Source: an uncultured SAR86 cluster bacterium (GTDB lineage Bacteria > Pseudomonadota > Gammaproteobacteria > Magnimaribacterales > D2472). From it: DNA of 64,000 nt. The stretch is taken from contig CABZHV010000001.1 of the NCBI GenBank assembly GCA_902525635.1, positions 4,640 through 68,639 on the forward strand, written 5' to 3'. The position numbers and the translations under genes are program-made. Below are positions 32,794 through 42,702 of the stretch, piece by piece (positions within the stretch are counted from its first letter, which is position 1; every line of letters starts with the position of its first letter). Under the pieces are notes generated by a model. That model saw only the letters and a program-made list of their open reading frames with translations. It had not been told where the DNA came from and ran no database searches.

Positions 32794-34231
32794 TTTTCCT
32801 GTAATTCAATGGCGGCTTTCTATCACCAAGCAAAGGTTTATATATAAAATCTTTACCAATTCTCTCTACATGCTCAGTCTTCGCTTCTTCAATTATTGAT
32901 GGATTCGAGATAATTTCAATTGCGCTTTTTGCTAAAACTATTGCAGCAAGTTCAGCTCCTTTTAAACCAATTGAAGTTCCTCCAGATGCAACTGCTTGCC
33001 AAGAGTGTGCTGACGTACCTGGAACCCATGTAGCTGTTCTCAATCCTGCTGTTGGGACATTCCAACTTACGTCACCCACATCAGTAGAGCCATAACTATG
33101 AGATGTTTTGAAAGGTCTAATGTTTTCTTGTGTGCCTAGCTTATTATCAGGTTGAAAAAATGTTTCATAAATTGTTTTTGCATAATCATTTTCTTTTTGA
33201 TTATATTTTATTCCTCCAGCCATGCTTAAATTTTTGTGAACAACTTTTTGAATAGCATCATTTTGTAATAATGAGAAATTACCGTGCATGACTTCATAGG
33301 ACATCTTTGTATCTGTTCCTATAGCAGCACCTTCAGCAGTATTAGTCACTCTTGAAAATAATTCTTCAACTACTGACATTTTTGGATGTCTAACATAATA
33401 GTAAACTTCAGCAATATCTGGAACAACATTTGGTGCTAAACCACCTTTTGTTATAACGTAATGTATTCTTGATTCTTGAGGAATGTGTTCTCGCATTAAA
33501 TTAACCATATGATTCATTGCCTCAACACCGTCTAATGCTGATCTTCCTTGCTCTGGAGATCCAGCAGCATGTGAAGCAATTCCTTTAAAAGTAAATTTGG
33601 CTGATTTGTTTGCATTTGATGTTCTTGAATTTGCGCTATTTACATCATCAGGATGCCAGTGAAGAACAATATCAACGTCATCAAATAAACCTTCTCTTAC
33701 CATATATACTTTTCCAGAACCTCCTTCCTCAGCAGGTGTTCCGTAAAACCTTATAGTTCCTTTAAAATTATTTTTGATCAACCATTCTTTTATTGCTACT
33801 GCCGCCCATGCAGACGCAGCTCCAAATAGATGATGTCCACAGGCATGACCAGCACCAGTAGCATTATCAGTAACTTCTTTAAATGGAGAATTAGTTTGTG
33901 CTAATCCAGGAAGGGCATCAAATTCTCCCAAAATGCCAATGACCGGCCCTCCGTTATTAAATTCAGCAACAAATGCAGTTGGAATACCTGCAACACCTTT
34001 TTTAATTTGAAAACCTTGATCTCGTAAGGATTTAGCAAGTGCATCTGAACTTTTGAGCTCTAAGTATCCAAGTTCAGCATAATTCCATATATCAATAGCA
34101 ATATTTTCAAATTTATTTTTATGATAATTAATACTTTTTATGACTGAATCACTTTCAAGAAAATCACTTATGAATATGGAGAGAATAAAACCCACACAAT
34201 GGTTTAACTTATATGTTTTAGATTTCTGCAT
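32786..34231 (-). CDS. M20 family amidohydrolase, AbgB-like
   Basis: EFDALPG, GHACGH, GTPAEEGG, WHP, GSTDVGDVSW. Confidence 0.88.
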   Translation of the reverse strand: MQKSKTYKLNHCVGFILSIFISDFLESDSVIKSINYHKNKFENIAIDIWNYAELGYLELKSSDALAKSLRDQGFQIKKGVAGIPTAFVAEFNNGGPVIGILGEFDALPGLAQTNSPFKEVTDNATGAGHACGHHLFGAASAWAAVAIKEWLIKNNFKGTIRFYGTPAEEGGSGKVYMVREGLFDDVDIVLHWHPDDVNSANSRTSNANKSAKFTFKGIASHAAGSPEQGRSALDGVEAMNHMVNLMREHIPQESRIHYVITKGGLAPNVVPDIAEVYYYVRHPKMSVVEELFSRVTNTAEGAAIGTDTKMSYEVMHGNFSLLQNDAIQKVVHKNLSMAGGIKYNQKENDYAKTIYETFFQPDNKLGTQENIRPFKTSHSYGSTDVGDVSWNVPTAGLRTATWVPGTSAHSWQAVASGGTSIGLKGAELAAIVLAKSAIEIISNPSIIEEAKTEHVERIGKDFIYKPLLGDRKPPLNYRKIN

Positions 34232-34841
34232 TACCCCAATAATTATAACCTACAATCTTTGGAGTGCTTGGCAGATACATTTGTTCAAGATCATTTATTT
34301 TAAAACCACTTTCTAACAAAATATTTGGAATATTTCTATTTATGTTGCATCCACCAAATAATTTTCCCCAAAGTGGATTTATTCTATTTTGCCACTTAAT
34401 AACTTTGTCGTCTGGAGCAACTCCATGTTCACAAAAAAGAATCTTACCATCTGATTTCATTACTCTTTTAATCTCCCTAAGAGCATCAAAAGGATTTGGT
34501 ATTGTGCAAAGAGTATATGTTAATAGAACAGTATCAATGGAATTAGATGCGAGCTTAATCTCTTCAGCACCATTCAATAAAAAATTGATATCTATCTCAT
34601 TTTTGATAGCAGCTTGTTTTGCCATCTCACAAAGTTCTGGAGAGGGATCTAAGCCATATATTTTTTCTACTTTAGACTTTTTGTAAAAGGGGATATTTAG
34701 TCCAGAACCAATTCCTATCTCCAAAATAGTTCCTTTTGCATGTGGAACGATTTTTTTTCTTTGATAATTGACAGGTTTTGTTGAACAACATTTATCTAAA
34801 AGCTTTGGGAGTATATATTTCTCATAAGCTTCTTTAATCAT
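34218..34841 (-). CDS. Class I SAM-dependent methyltransferase
   Basis: [10 protein letters not shown] motif I, YTLCTI, FCEHG, GGC; second Met taken as start. Confidence 0.85.
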   Translation of the reverse strand: MIKEAYEKYILPKLLDKCCSTKPVNYQRKKIVPHAKGTILEIGIGSGLNIPFYKKSKVEKIYGLDPSPELCEMAKQAAIKNEIDINFLLNGAEEIKLASNSIDTVLLTYTLCTIPNPFDALREIKRVMKSDGKILFCEHGVAPDDKVIKWQNRINPLWGKLFGGCNINRNIPNILLESGFKINDLEQMYLPSTPKIVGYNYWGNAEI

Positions 34842-35625
34842 GCTCAATTTCATTTAGAGGCATTGCAGCAATATTGAAACCAGCGTCAACATAGGTAATT
34901 TCGCCTGTTATTCCACTCGCATAATCAGAGCATAAAAAGGCAGCAGCATTCCCAACTTCTTCAGCAGTTACTGTTCTTCCTAAAGGAGCTCTTTTTGAAT
35001 GTTGACTCAGCATTTTTCTAAAATTTTTAACGCCCGAGGCTGCAAGTGTTTTTATCGGACCAGCTGAGATAGCATTGACTCTTATATTATTTTTTCCTAA
35101 GGACGCAGCTAGAAATCTTGTATTTGCCTCAAGAGAAGCTTTTGCAAGACCCATAACATTATAATTAGGCATAGTTTGAATGGATCCAAGATATGAAAGG
35201 GTTAGCAGTGCAGAGTTTTCATTAAGCATGGATTTTGATTCTTTAGCCATAGCAGTAAAGCTATACGAGCTTATGTCATGCGCTACTTTAAAACCTTCTC
35301 TAGTAGTAACATCAACAAAATCACCCTCGAGTTGATCAGAGGGGGCATAACCAATTGAATGAACAAAACCATCAAATGTACTCCAACATTGCTTAAGTTC
35401 TTTAAAAGACGATTTTATTGAGTCATCATCGCTTACATCACATTCAATTAATATTTTTGAACCACATGCCTCTGCAATTGGCTTAATATTTTTTAATAAT
35501 CTCTCATTTTGATAAGAAAAAGCCAATTCAGCTCCTTCTTTATGCATGGCATACGCTATTCCAGCTGCAATAGAGTATTTATTGGCAATCCCAGCTATCA
35601 AAAACTTCTTATTTTCTAGTAGCAT
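34834..35625 (-). CDS. fabI: Enoyl-ACP reductase FabI
   Basis: [33 protein letters not shown]. Confidence 0.97.
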   Translation of the reverse strand: MLLENKKFLIAGIANKYSIAAGIAYAMHKEGAELAFSYQNERLLKNIKPIAEACGSKILIECDVSDDDSIKSSFKELKQCWSTFDGFVHSIGYAPSDQLEGDFVDVTTREGFKVAHDISSYSFTAMAKESKSMLNENSALLTLSYLGSIQTMPNYNVMGLAKASLEANTRFLAASLGKNNIRVNAISAGPIKTLAASGVKNFRKMLSQHSKRAPLGRTVTAEEVGNAAAFLCSDYASGITGEITYVDAGFNIAAMPLNEIEHD

Positions 35626-35863
35626 TTAGTTATAGTTATATTTTTTATAACATTATTGTAAAAGAAAAAAGACACAAAGACTCATATTTCAGCTTATTAC
35701 TAAAAAAAACAAAAATTATTTAAATATATTAAGAACTTATGATTAATTATAAATTAATGTAAAAAATTGTAGCAATATTGTTAAAAACCTGAAACAATAC
35801 GATTATTACGTGTTTTAGCGGGGTGCTATGCGCAAAAATTTATATAACTTACAGGGGAATTGT

Positions 35864-38725
35864 ATGTTTAATTTTAAAAATTATTTGTTTGCAGTACTTG
35901 TGCTCACTTTTGGTATTTTTAATATCAATGTTGTTGCTCAAGATTCATCTGCAGATGAAGATGTCGAAGAGGTTGTAATAACCGGTACAAGACTTTCAGA
36001 TCCCAATTTATCTAGTGTCAGTGGTGTTGTAGCTGTTGATGCAGGTGATATTGCTGAAAGAGGTGTGGTTGCAGTTGAGGAGTTACTTGCTGATTTACCA
36101 CAGATATCACTTGGACAAAATATTACAGACTCAAATGGTGCTAATGGTTCTTCAACTATTAGTTTAAGAGGTATAGGTTCAAACAGAACTCTAACCCTAA
36201 TCAATGGAAAGAGAATGGCTCCAGGTACTATCAATGGTCAATCTGCAGCTAACATCAATAACATTCCAGTTTCATTAGTTAGTGAAGTTCAAGTTGTTAC
36301 TGGTGGTGCTTCATCAGTATATGGTTCTGACGCTATTGGTGGTGTTGTTAACTTTATCCTTGATGATGGTTTCCAAGGCTTTAAAGCTAGTTATACACAT
36401 AGTTACTATAACCATAAAAATGAGGACTCTGATATGAGAGCCCTTGTTGAAGCTGCTGGATATCCTCAAGCACCTGATACTGTCAATGTTGGAGACAACA
36501 AAGTTTGGGCTATTATGTTTGGTGCAACTCTTGGTGATAACGGTAACGTTACAGCATATCTTCAAAACAGAGAAAGAGATGCAATTCTTCAAAGTAAGTA
36601 TGACGTATCTGCTTGTGCTCTTTGGGATGGTGGGCCTCAAGCTGCAAATCCTTATGGTTGTGGTGGTTCAGGTACTGTTCCATGGGGTAGATTTGCTAGC
36701 TTTGGTGGCGGGCCAATCACTGATTGGAACTACTCTGTAGCTCCAGGTACTAATGAGTTCGAAGATTATCCAGGACCATTTAACTATGGACCATTTAATT
36801 ATTTCCAAAGACCAACAGAAACACTTTCTGGTGGTTTCTTTGCTGATTACGAAATTGCTGACAACATGAGCTTTTATGCAAGTGCTCAATTTATGGATGA
36901 TAGAACTGTTTCACAGATTGCTCCTTCTGGTGCTTTCTTTGTAACAAGCTCCATTCCTTGTGCTAACCCTTTAATGTCAGCACAACAGTTTAAGTTAATT
37001 TGTACAGACCAAGGTCTTACAGCTGCTGATTCAACACCATCTTACATAGGTAGAAGAAACCTTGAAGGTGGGGGTAGACAACAAGACATCAGACATAACT
37101 CTTACAGATATGTAATGGGTGTTGAAGGTGAGCTATCAAGTGGTTGGACATACGATGTTAGTTATTCTAACTCTGAAACAGCTGTTGCAAGTACATACAT
37201 GAACGATCTATCTATTACTAGAATCAAGAGAGCTCTTGATGTTGTTGCTGATGCAGACGGAAACCCAGTTTGTCAGTCAGTGGTAGATGGTTCAGATCCA
37301 CTTTGTCTTCCATGGAACGTTTTTGTTAACAACGGTAACCAAATTGTTGATAACGAGGCTGATGGTGTGACACAAGGTGTTCTTGATTATCTTATAGTTG
37401 ATCTATACGCAAGAGGAGAAGTTTACGAAGAAATTTGGCAAGCTGTTTTATCTGGTGAGATCGATGCTTTAAACGGTGCTAACGTTGTAGTTGGTGTTGA
37501 AAAAAGAACAACAGGAATGGATAACAGACCTGATAACGGCTTCTTAACAGGCGATGGTGCTGGTCAAGGTGGACCAACAAAAGCACTTGGTGGTGAGTAT
37601 TCCGTTGATGAAGTATTTTTTGAAATGGGTATTCCAGTAAGTGATCAACTTTCAGTTGATTTAGGAGCTAGAATTTCAGACTACTCAACAGGACAAGATA
37701 CTGATACTTGGAAAGTTGGGGCAAAATATGTTGTTAACGATAAAGTTACTGTTAGAGGAACAACACAGTATGCTGTAAGACACGGAAACGTGTTTGAGTT
37801 ATACGGTGACCAGTTCTTAGGTTTATGGTCAGGTAGCGATCCTTGTGCAGGATCTTCACCTTCAGCTTCGGCTGCTGAGTGTGCTCTTACAGGAGTAACT
37901 TCTGCTCAATATGGATCAGTTCCTGATTCACCAGCAGGACAATATAATGCTATCTATGGTGGTAACCCTAACGTTAATCCTGAAGAGTCTGATACTATCT
38001 CATTTGGTGTTGTTATGGAGTTAACAGACAATCTGACTGTTTCAGTAGATTATTCAGATATCACTATTGAAGGCGCTATTGGAAGTGTGTCTCCTGCATT
38101 TAGCATGGACAACTGTATTTCTACAGGATCACCATTACTTTGTGCAAATATTAACAGAAATTCTGTTAACGGAAACATATGGATTGGTTCTGGTGCAGAT
38201 GCTCCAAACGTAGTTTCTACTACATTGAACCTTGGTGAACTATCTACAAGTGGTTACGACATTGTTGCAGACTACTCAATGGATACAGCAATGGGTCCAT
38301 TAAGCATTAAATCTAATATTGCTATCACAGATACTTTCGATATTACTGAAGTTGTAGGTTTTGGAACTGCAGAATGTGCCGGTTATTGGGATGGTGGTGG
38401 AACCTGTGGTGGTCCAACATTTGAACTTCAAACTGTAACATCTGCTACATTATCTTTAGATCAAGGTGACTTAGTGGTAACACATAGATATCTAGATGAA
38501 ATCACTGACTTAGGTCCGTTTGATTCACCTATTGATGCGCAAAACTATTTTGATGCTGCTTTTAGCACATCATTTGGTGATGTTACTGTTTATGTTGGTG
38601 TGAATAACGTTTTTGATGCTGAAGCTCCTGTATTGGATGATTTAGCACCAAATGGTAATACATTCCCATCAATATATGATGCATTTGGTAGATATATATT
38701 TACTAATCTTACTTATCAGTTTTAA
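35864..38725 (+). CDS. TonB-dependent receptor
   Basis: AGGGGA RBS before ATG 35864, signal peptide, EEVVITG TonB box, GGASSVYGSDAIGGVVNF, C-terminal YQF. Confidence 0.95.
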   Translation: MFNFKNYLFAVLVLTFGIFNINVVAQDSSADEDVEEVVITGTRLSDPNLSSVSGVVAVDAGDIAERGVVAVEELLADLPQISLGQNITDSNGANGSSTISLRGIGSNRTLTLINGKRMAPGTINGQSAANINNIPVSLVSEVQVVTGGASSVYGSDAIGGVVNFILDDGFQGFKASYTHSYYNHKNEDSDMRALVEAAGYPQAPDTVNVGDNKVWAIMFGATLGDNGNVTAYLQNRERDAILQSKYDVSACALWDGGPQAANPYGCGGSGTVPWGRFASFGGGPITDWNYSVAPGTNEFEDYPGPFNYGPFNYFQRPTETLSGGFFADYEIADNMSFYASAQFMDDRTVSQIAPSGAFFVTSSIPCANPLMSAQQFKLICTDQGLTAADSTPSYIGRRNLEGGGRQQDIRHNSYRYVMGVEGELSSGWTYDVSYSNSETAVASTYMNDLSITRIKRALDVVADADGNPVCQSVVDGSDPLCLPWNVFVNNGNQIVDNEADGVTQGVLDYLIVDLYARGEVYEEIWQAVLSGEIDALNGANVVVGVEKRTTGMDNRPDNGFLTGDGAGQGGPTKALGGEYSVDEVFFEMGIPVSDQLSVDLGARISDYSTGQDTDTWKVGAKYVVNDKVTVRGTTQYAVRHGNVFELYGDQFLGLWSGSDPCAGSSPSASAAECALTGVTSAQYGSVPDSPAGQYNAIYGGNPNVNPEESDTISFGVVMELTDNLTVSVDYSDITIEGAIGSVSPAFSMDNCISTGSPLLCANINRNSVNGNIWIGSGADAPNVVSTTLNLGELSTSGYDIVADYSMDTAMGPLSIKSNIAITDTFDITEVVGFGTAECAGYWDGGGTCGGPTFELQTVTSATLSLDQGDLVVTHRYLDEITDLGPFDSPIDAQNYFDAAFSTSFGDVTVYVGVNNVFDAEAPVLDDLAPNGNTFPSIYDAFGRYIFTNLTYQF

Positions 38726-38741
38726 TAACTATTTGTAAATT

Positions 38742-38770
38742 AAAAAGAGGGCTTTTGGCCCTCTTTTTTT
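38742..38770 (+). terminator. Rho-independent terminator
   Basis: AAAAAGAGGGC-TTTTG-GCCCTCTTTTTTT. Confidence 0.9.
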
Positions 38771-38934
38771 ATATAAAATAAACTTTGATACAATAATAAA
38801 TATGAATTTCTTAAAAAAAATTAAGATTAAAGCTCTGCATTTTCTATTTGCGAATTTTACAAAACTATTTATTTTTTTTATGAATTTATATGTAAAATCA
38901 CAGGTAAAATAACCCTAAATTAGCCCAGAAATTT

Positions 38935-40497
38935 ATGTATCGATTTCTTTATTTATTATTACTCTCTTTCTCATTTGACGTACTAGTTCATCCTGTTTCA
39001 TCTATTAAGAAATTCTCTGATGAAAATGCACATCTTCCATCACCTTTACCTGATAGAGTGATATTAACTTGGAATGATGACCCTTCAACTACTCAAGCTG
39101 TTAATTGGAGAACAGATATTTCTGTGAGATCTGGGCTTGCACAAATAGCAATAGCGAATGCAAATGGAAGAGCACTTATGCCTGAGGAATATAAAGCAGA
39201 GACAACTTATTTCAAAAGTGACATTAATGAGGCTCATTACCATAGTATTACATTTAAAAATCTTCAACCTAGTACCTTATATGCATATCGTGTTGGTGAT
39301 GGAGTAAACTGGACAGAATATTACCACTTTAAAACAGCAAGCGACAAAGAAGAACCTTTTAGCTTTATATACTTTGGTGATGCTCAAAATGAAGTTAGAA
39401 CTCATTGGTCAAGAGTTTTTAGGGAAGCATTTCGTGATGCTCCTAGAGCAGCATTTACACTTCATGCAGGTGATTTAATTGATGAACATAATAAAGACTC
39501 ACAATGGGGAGAATGGCATCAAGGACCTGACTGGGTAAACGGAACAATACCGGTGATTGCTACCCCAGGAAATCATGAGTACCAAATAGACTCTGAGACC
39601 AAAAGAATATGGACAAACAAAGAAGGTATAAGTGTAAATATTGAAATCGAATCTTTTAATGATGATAATCCCAAGATTTTTATTATTGATATCAAAGATT
39701 CCAATGGAATAACAGGAACAATACAGACAAATGATTCTGGAGAAATTATTAGTACCGATAAAGGCATTGAGTTAATTACAGGGTATAAAGAAGAAGAGTT
39801 AGTAAATAATTATATTTTAGGTGGCAAAGCACCATTATATGACCGTCTACAAAATTCTAGTAGTATCCAAAAGGTTAGCAATCACTGGCGGCCACAATTC
39901 TCATTTCCAATTCAAGAAGTTCCAGACGAAAGGCTTAAGGAAACACTTTATTATTTAGATTATCAAGGCGTAAGATTTATTTCACTTGATTCAAATATTG
40001 AAATGGAAATTCAAGTAGATTGGCTCAGAAAAGTTCTGGAGGAAAATGAAAATCGTTGGACGATTGTTACCTTTCATCATCCCCTTTATTCACCTGCGTC
40101 AGATCGTGATAACTTTGAAATGCGTCAATTGTGGAAACCTATACTTGATGAATTTAAAGTTGATTTGGTTTTAAGTGGACATGATCATAGTTATTCCCGA
40201 ACTGGATTAATAGATACTGAAAATATTAAAAATATTCCAACAGGCTATCAGCAAGCTTATGATCCAAAAATTGGAACAGTGTATGTTGTCTCAGTCAGTG
40301 GACCAAAAATGTATGAGATTACTAAAGGCCCATATGCAAAAAAACTAGGTGAGAATACTCAGCTCTATCAAATTATAGATGTTAATAACGATATTCTTAA
40401 GTTCCGAGCTTTTACAGCAACTGGTGTCTTATATGATAAATTTATTCTTCAAAAACGCAAAGGTAAGCCGAATATATTAATTGAAACTAATTTATAA
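38935..40497 (+). CDS. Purple-acid-phosphatase-like metallophosphoesterase with N-terminal FN3-type domain
   Basis: Signal peptide; Y.YRVG FN3-like motif; FGDAQ, AGDL, GNHE, FHHP, GHDH motifs. Confidence 0.88.
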   Translation: MYRFLYLLLLSFSFDVLVHPVSSIKKFSDENAHLPSPLPDRVILTWNDDPSTTQAVNWRTDISVRSGLAQIAIANANGRALMPEEYKAETTYFKSDINEAHYHSITFKNLQPSTLYAYRVGDGVNWTEYYHFKTASDKEEPFSFIYFGDAQNEVRTHWSRVFREAFRDAPRAAFTLHAGDLIDEHNKDSQWGEWHQGPDWVNGTIPVIATPGNHEYQIDSETKRIWTNKEGISVNIEIESFNDDNPKIFIIDIKDSNGITGTIQTNDSGEIISTDKGIELITGYKEEELVNNYILGGKAPLYDRLQNSSSIQKVSNHWRPQFSFPIQEVPDERLKETLYYLDYQGVRFISLDSNIEMEIQVDWLRKVLEENENRWTIVTFHHPLYSPASDRDNFEMRQLWKPILDEFKVDLVLSGHDHSYSRTGLIDTENIKNIPTGYQQAYDPKIGTVYVVSVSGPKMYEITKGPYAKKLGENTQLYQIIDVNNDILKFRAFTATGVLYDKFILQKRKGKPNILIETNL

Positions 40498-40594
40498 AAA
40501 GTAAACTAATTAGTAGCACTCGAAATTTTACGTAAATATAAGCATAATACAGAAATATAAAATACAGTTTTACTAAGGACTTTTTTGACTAAAT

Positions 40595-40636
40595 GAGGCT
40601 ATTACTTAGCCAGGAGAGTACTTGATTGGCATTCAA
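40595..40636 (+). pseudogene. Decayed 5' half of tRNA-Ala(GGC) (old attachment scar)
   Basis: GAGGCTATTACTTAGCCAGGAGAGTACTTGATTGGCATTCAA matches the first 42 nt of the reconstructed tRNA-Ala at 33/42 positions without gaps. Confidence 0.85.
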
Positions 40637-40685
40637 CTATAAATTTTATTTTCATACTTGTTTATCTATGTTAGCTTAATAATAT

Positions 40686-41696
40686 ATGACAAGATTTCTT
40701 TTATCACTAGCTGAATCAGGATTTATTCCTGATGTCTTAATAAAAATTGCTGCAAGGTATATCTCTAATAAGCGCCTGAATGAGCAGAGCGTTGATGATA
40801 ATAAGGATAAAATTATCACTGTTCTTTCAAGAGGTGCTGTTGCTGAAAAAACATATGATGCTAATGAACAACACTACGAAGTCCCACCTGAATTTTTTAA
40901 GTATGTTTTAGGAACAAACCTTAAATATTCTTGTTCACTATTTAATGATGTAGATTCTCTCAATGATGCAGAGGAATCAATGCTCAAGCTTTATATGGAT
41001 AGAGCTGATATTAAGGACGGTCATGAAGTTCTTGACCTAGGTTGTGGATGGGGTAGTTTTTCTTTATATGTAGCTGAAAGATACCCAAATATAAATATTA
41101 CGTCAGTAAGTAATTCGAGCGATCAAATTGCTTACATTAAAAATGAAGCACATAAAAAAGATCTGTTAAATATCAAGGCTTTTAGAATGGATGTTAATAA
41201 TCTTGAATTAAATAAACAATTTGATCGCATTGTTTCAATTGAAATGTTTGAACATCTAAGAAACTATAAGTTAATTTTAAATTCTCTTAATCATGCACTT
41301 AAACCTGATGGAAAATTATTCATTCATATTTTTTGTCATAAAAAACTAACATATCTTTATGAAATGAAAAATAATCTTGACTGGATGACAAAATATTTTT
41401 TTCAAGGCGGAATTATGCCTAGTAAAGATATCTTTCAGTACTTTGAGGGTGAGTTAGAAATAATCAATCAATGGGATATAAATGGAAATCATTATTCAAA
41501 AACTTGTAAAGCTTGGTTAAACAATCATTATAAAAATAAGAAAAAAATATTAGACATTTTTGAGAAACACTATGATGAACCTAAAATTTGGTTTAATAGA
41601 TGGAGAATTTTTTTTTTATCGTGTGAGGCTTTTTTTGCATTAAATAATGGTAAAGAATATTTTGTTGGACACTATCTATTTAAAAAATCTAATTAA
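40686..41696 (+). CDS. Cfa/CMAS-family SAM-dependent methyltransferase
   Basis: ANEQHYEVP, KYSCS, LDLGCGWGS, SIEMFEH, FIHIFCH. Confidence 0.88.
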   Translation: MTRFLLSLAESGFIPDVLIKIAARYISNKRLNEQSVDDNKDKIITVLSRGAVAEKTYDANEQHYEVPPEFFKYVLGTNLKYSCSLFNDVDSLNDAEESMLKLYMDRADIKDGHEVLDLGCGWGSFSLYVAERYPNINITSVSNSSDQIAYIKNEAHKKDLLNIKAFRMDVNNLELNKQFDRIVSIEMFEHLRNYKLILNSLNHALKPDGKLFIHIFCHKKLTYLYEMKNNLDWMTKYFFQGGIMPSKDIFQYFEGELEIINQWDINGNHYSKTCKAWLNNHYKNKKKILDIFEKHYDEPKIWFNRWRIFFLSCEAFFALNNGKEYFVGHYLFKKSN

Positions 41697-41780
41697 TAAC
41701 CTACAACTAAAAAAGCAAAATATTATAGATTACTGCCCACTGCATCTTCTGAATTCATAATGTACAATGTCGTTTCTGAA

Positions 41781-41821
41781 GGGGCTATAGCTCAGCTGGG
41801 AGAGCGCTTGAATGGCATTCA
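41781..41821 (+). pseudogene. Intact 5' half of tRNA-Ala(GGC), ending just past the anticodon loop (attL)
   Basis: GGGGCTATAGCTCAGCTGGGAGAGCGCTTGAATGGCATTCA, followed immediately by the stop codon of a minus-strand gene. Confidence 0.93.
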
Positions 41822-42073
41822 TTAATCTAGTGCTTCGTATTCAGGAATAACTTTCATTACATAAACAGCATTTTTAAATTCTTTATGACATGCTGATATT
41901 GTTTCTTTAACACAATGCATAGCATGATTATATTCACCTTGAACTACTGTGCTAGTAGGAAAGGTAGCAACCTTAATATCATCATAGGTATTAATCTTTT
42001 CTATGAATCCTTTAATAGGTGGAATAAAGTTCTCTTTGTTAGGGTACATGCTTATATCTATTGTTACTTGCAT
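41822..42073 (-). CDS. YkoF/thiamine-binding-like small protein
   Basis: 83 aa; ISMYP and STVVQG motifs of the thiamine-binding (DUF77)/YkoF ferredoxin-like fold. Confidence 0.65.
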   Translation of the reverse strand: MQVTIDISMYPNKENFIPPIKGFIEKINTYDDIKVATFPTSTVVQGEYNHAMHCVKETISACHKEFKNAVYVMKVIPEYEALD

Positions 42074-42076
42074 AAT

Positions 42077-42643
42077 CTAAATTTTACACTCCTCAATATT
42101 CTTTTCATTATTTACTCTTGGACTATTAACCATTCGATCTACTGGATAAAACTCTACACGCCTAGATAAACTAGAAGCAAATCTATCTTTACCATTTAGA
42201 TAATCTCTAGCTTCATTATGTTTTAATATAATAGGTTGCCTATGATGTATTGGCGCAAGTTTCTCATTAGCTTCCATAGTTAAAATTGCACAACCTGAAT
42301 CGTTATGAATACCTGCAAAATAAAATACATCATTATTAATGTGGAAGTAATAAGGTTGTTTTACTTCTCCATCTCTTTTCCATTCGTACCAACCATCTGC
42401 AAGAATAAGGCAAGGTTTAGATTCTTTGAATGATGGTTTCTGTCTAACTGTTTCTGATCTTGCATTAATTAGATTCATAGGCTCTTTTGCCCAAGAAGGG
42501 GAGTAAGACCATTTCATAAACTTAGGCTTGTCTGTAATCGTTAGAATGTCTTGAGAAGGTGCAACATTGTAATTCTCTTTAATGCTTACACCAGTAAGCT
42601 CTTTGACATCTATAGTCCTTCTTAAAGTAAATCTTCCACACAT
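42077..42643 (-). CDS. SOS response-associated peptidase (SRAP; YedK/HMCES family)
   Basis: N-terminal MCGRF, YNVAPSQ, INARSET, DGWYEW, IHHRQP. Confidence 0.93.
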   Translation of the reverse strand: MCGRFTLRRTIDVKELTGVSIKENYNVAPSQDILTITDKPKFMKWSYSPSWAKEPMNLINARSETVRQKPSFKESKPCLILADGWYEWKRDGEVKQPYYFHINNDVFYFAGIHNDSGCAILTMEANEKLAPIHHRQPIILKHNEARDYLNGKDRFASSLSRRVEFYPVDRMVNSPRVNNEKNIEECKI

Positions 42644-42702
42644 TTAATAATCTTATAACATAATTATTTTTCGTGCCTTGATAGGTTTGGTAAGATGGGA
42701 AT

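Noticed and set aside
35828-35863. Upstream ATG for the second receptor; similar extensions for gltX, oppC, ttpC-like, tonB and the TPR gene
   Set aside because: Downstream starts fit the RBS, signal peptide or stop-start coupling better.
38802-38912. Short ATG-initiated ORF of about 36 aa between the terminator and the phosphatase
   Set aside because: Low-complexity AT-rich sequence with no RBS or recognisable motif. It could be a gene remnant but cannot be supported.
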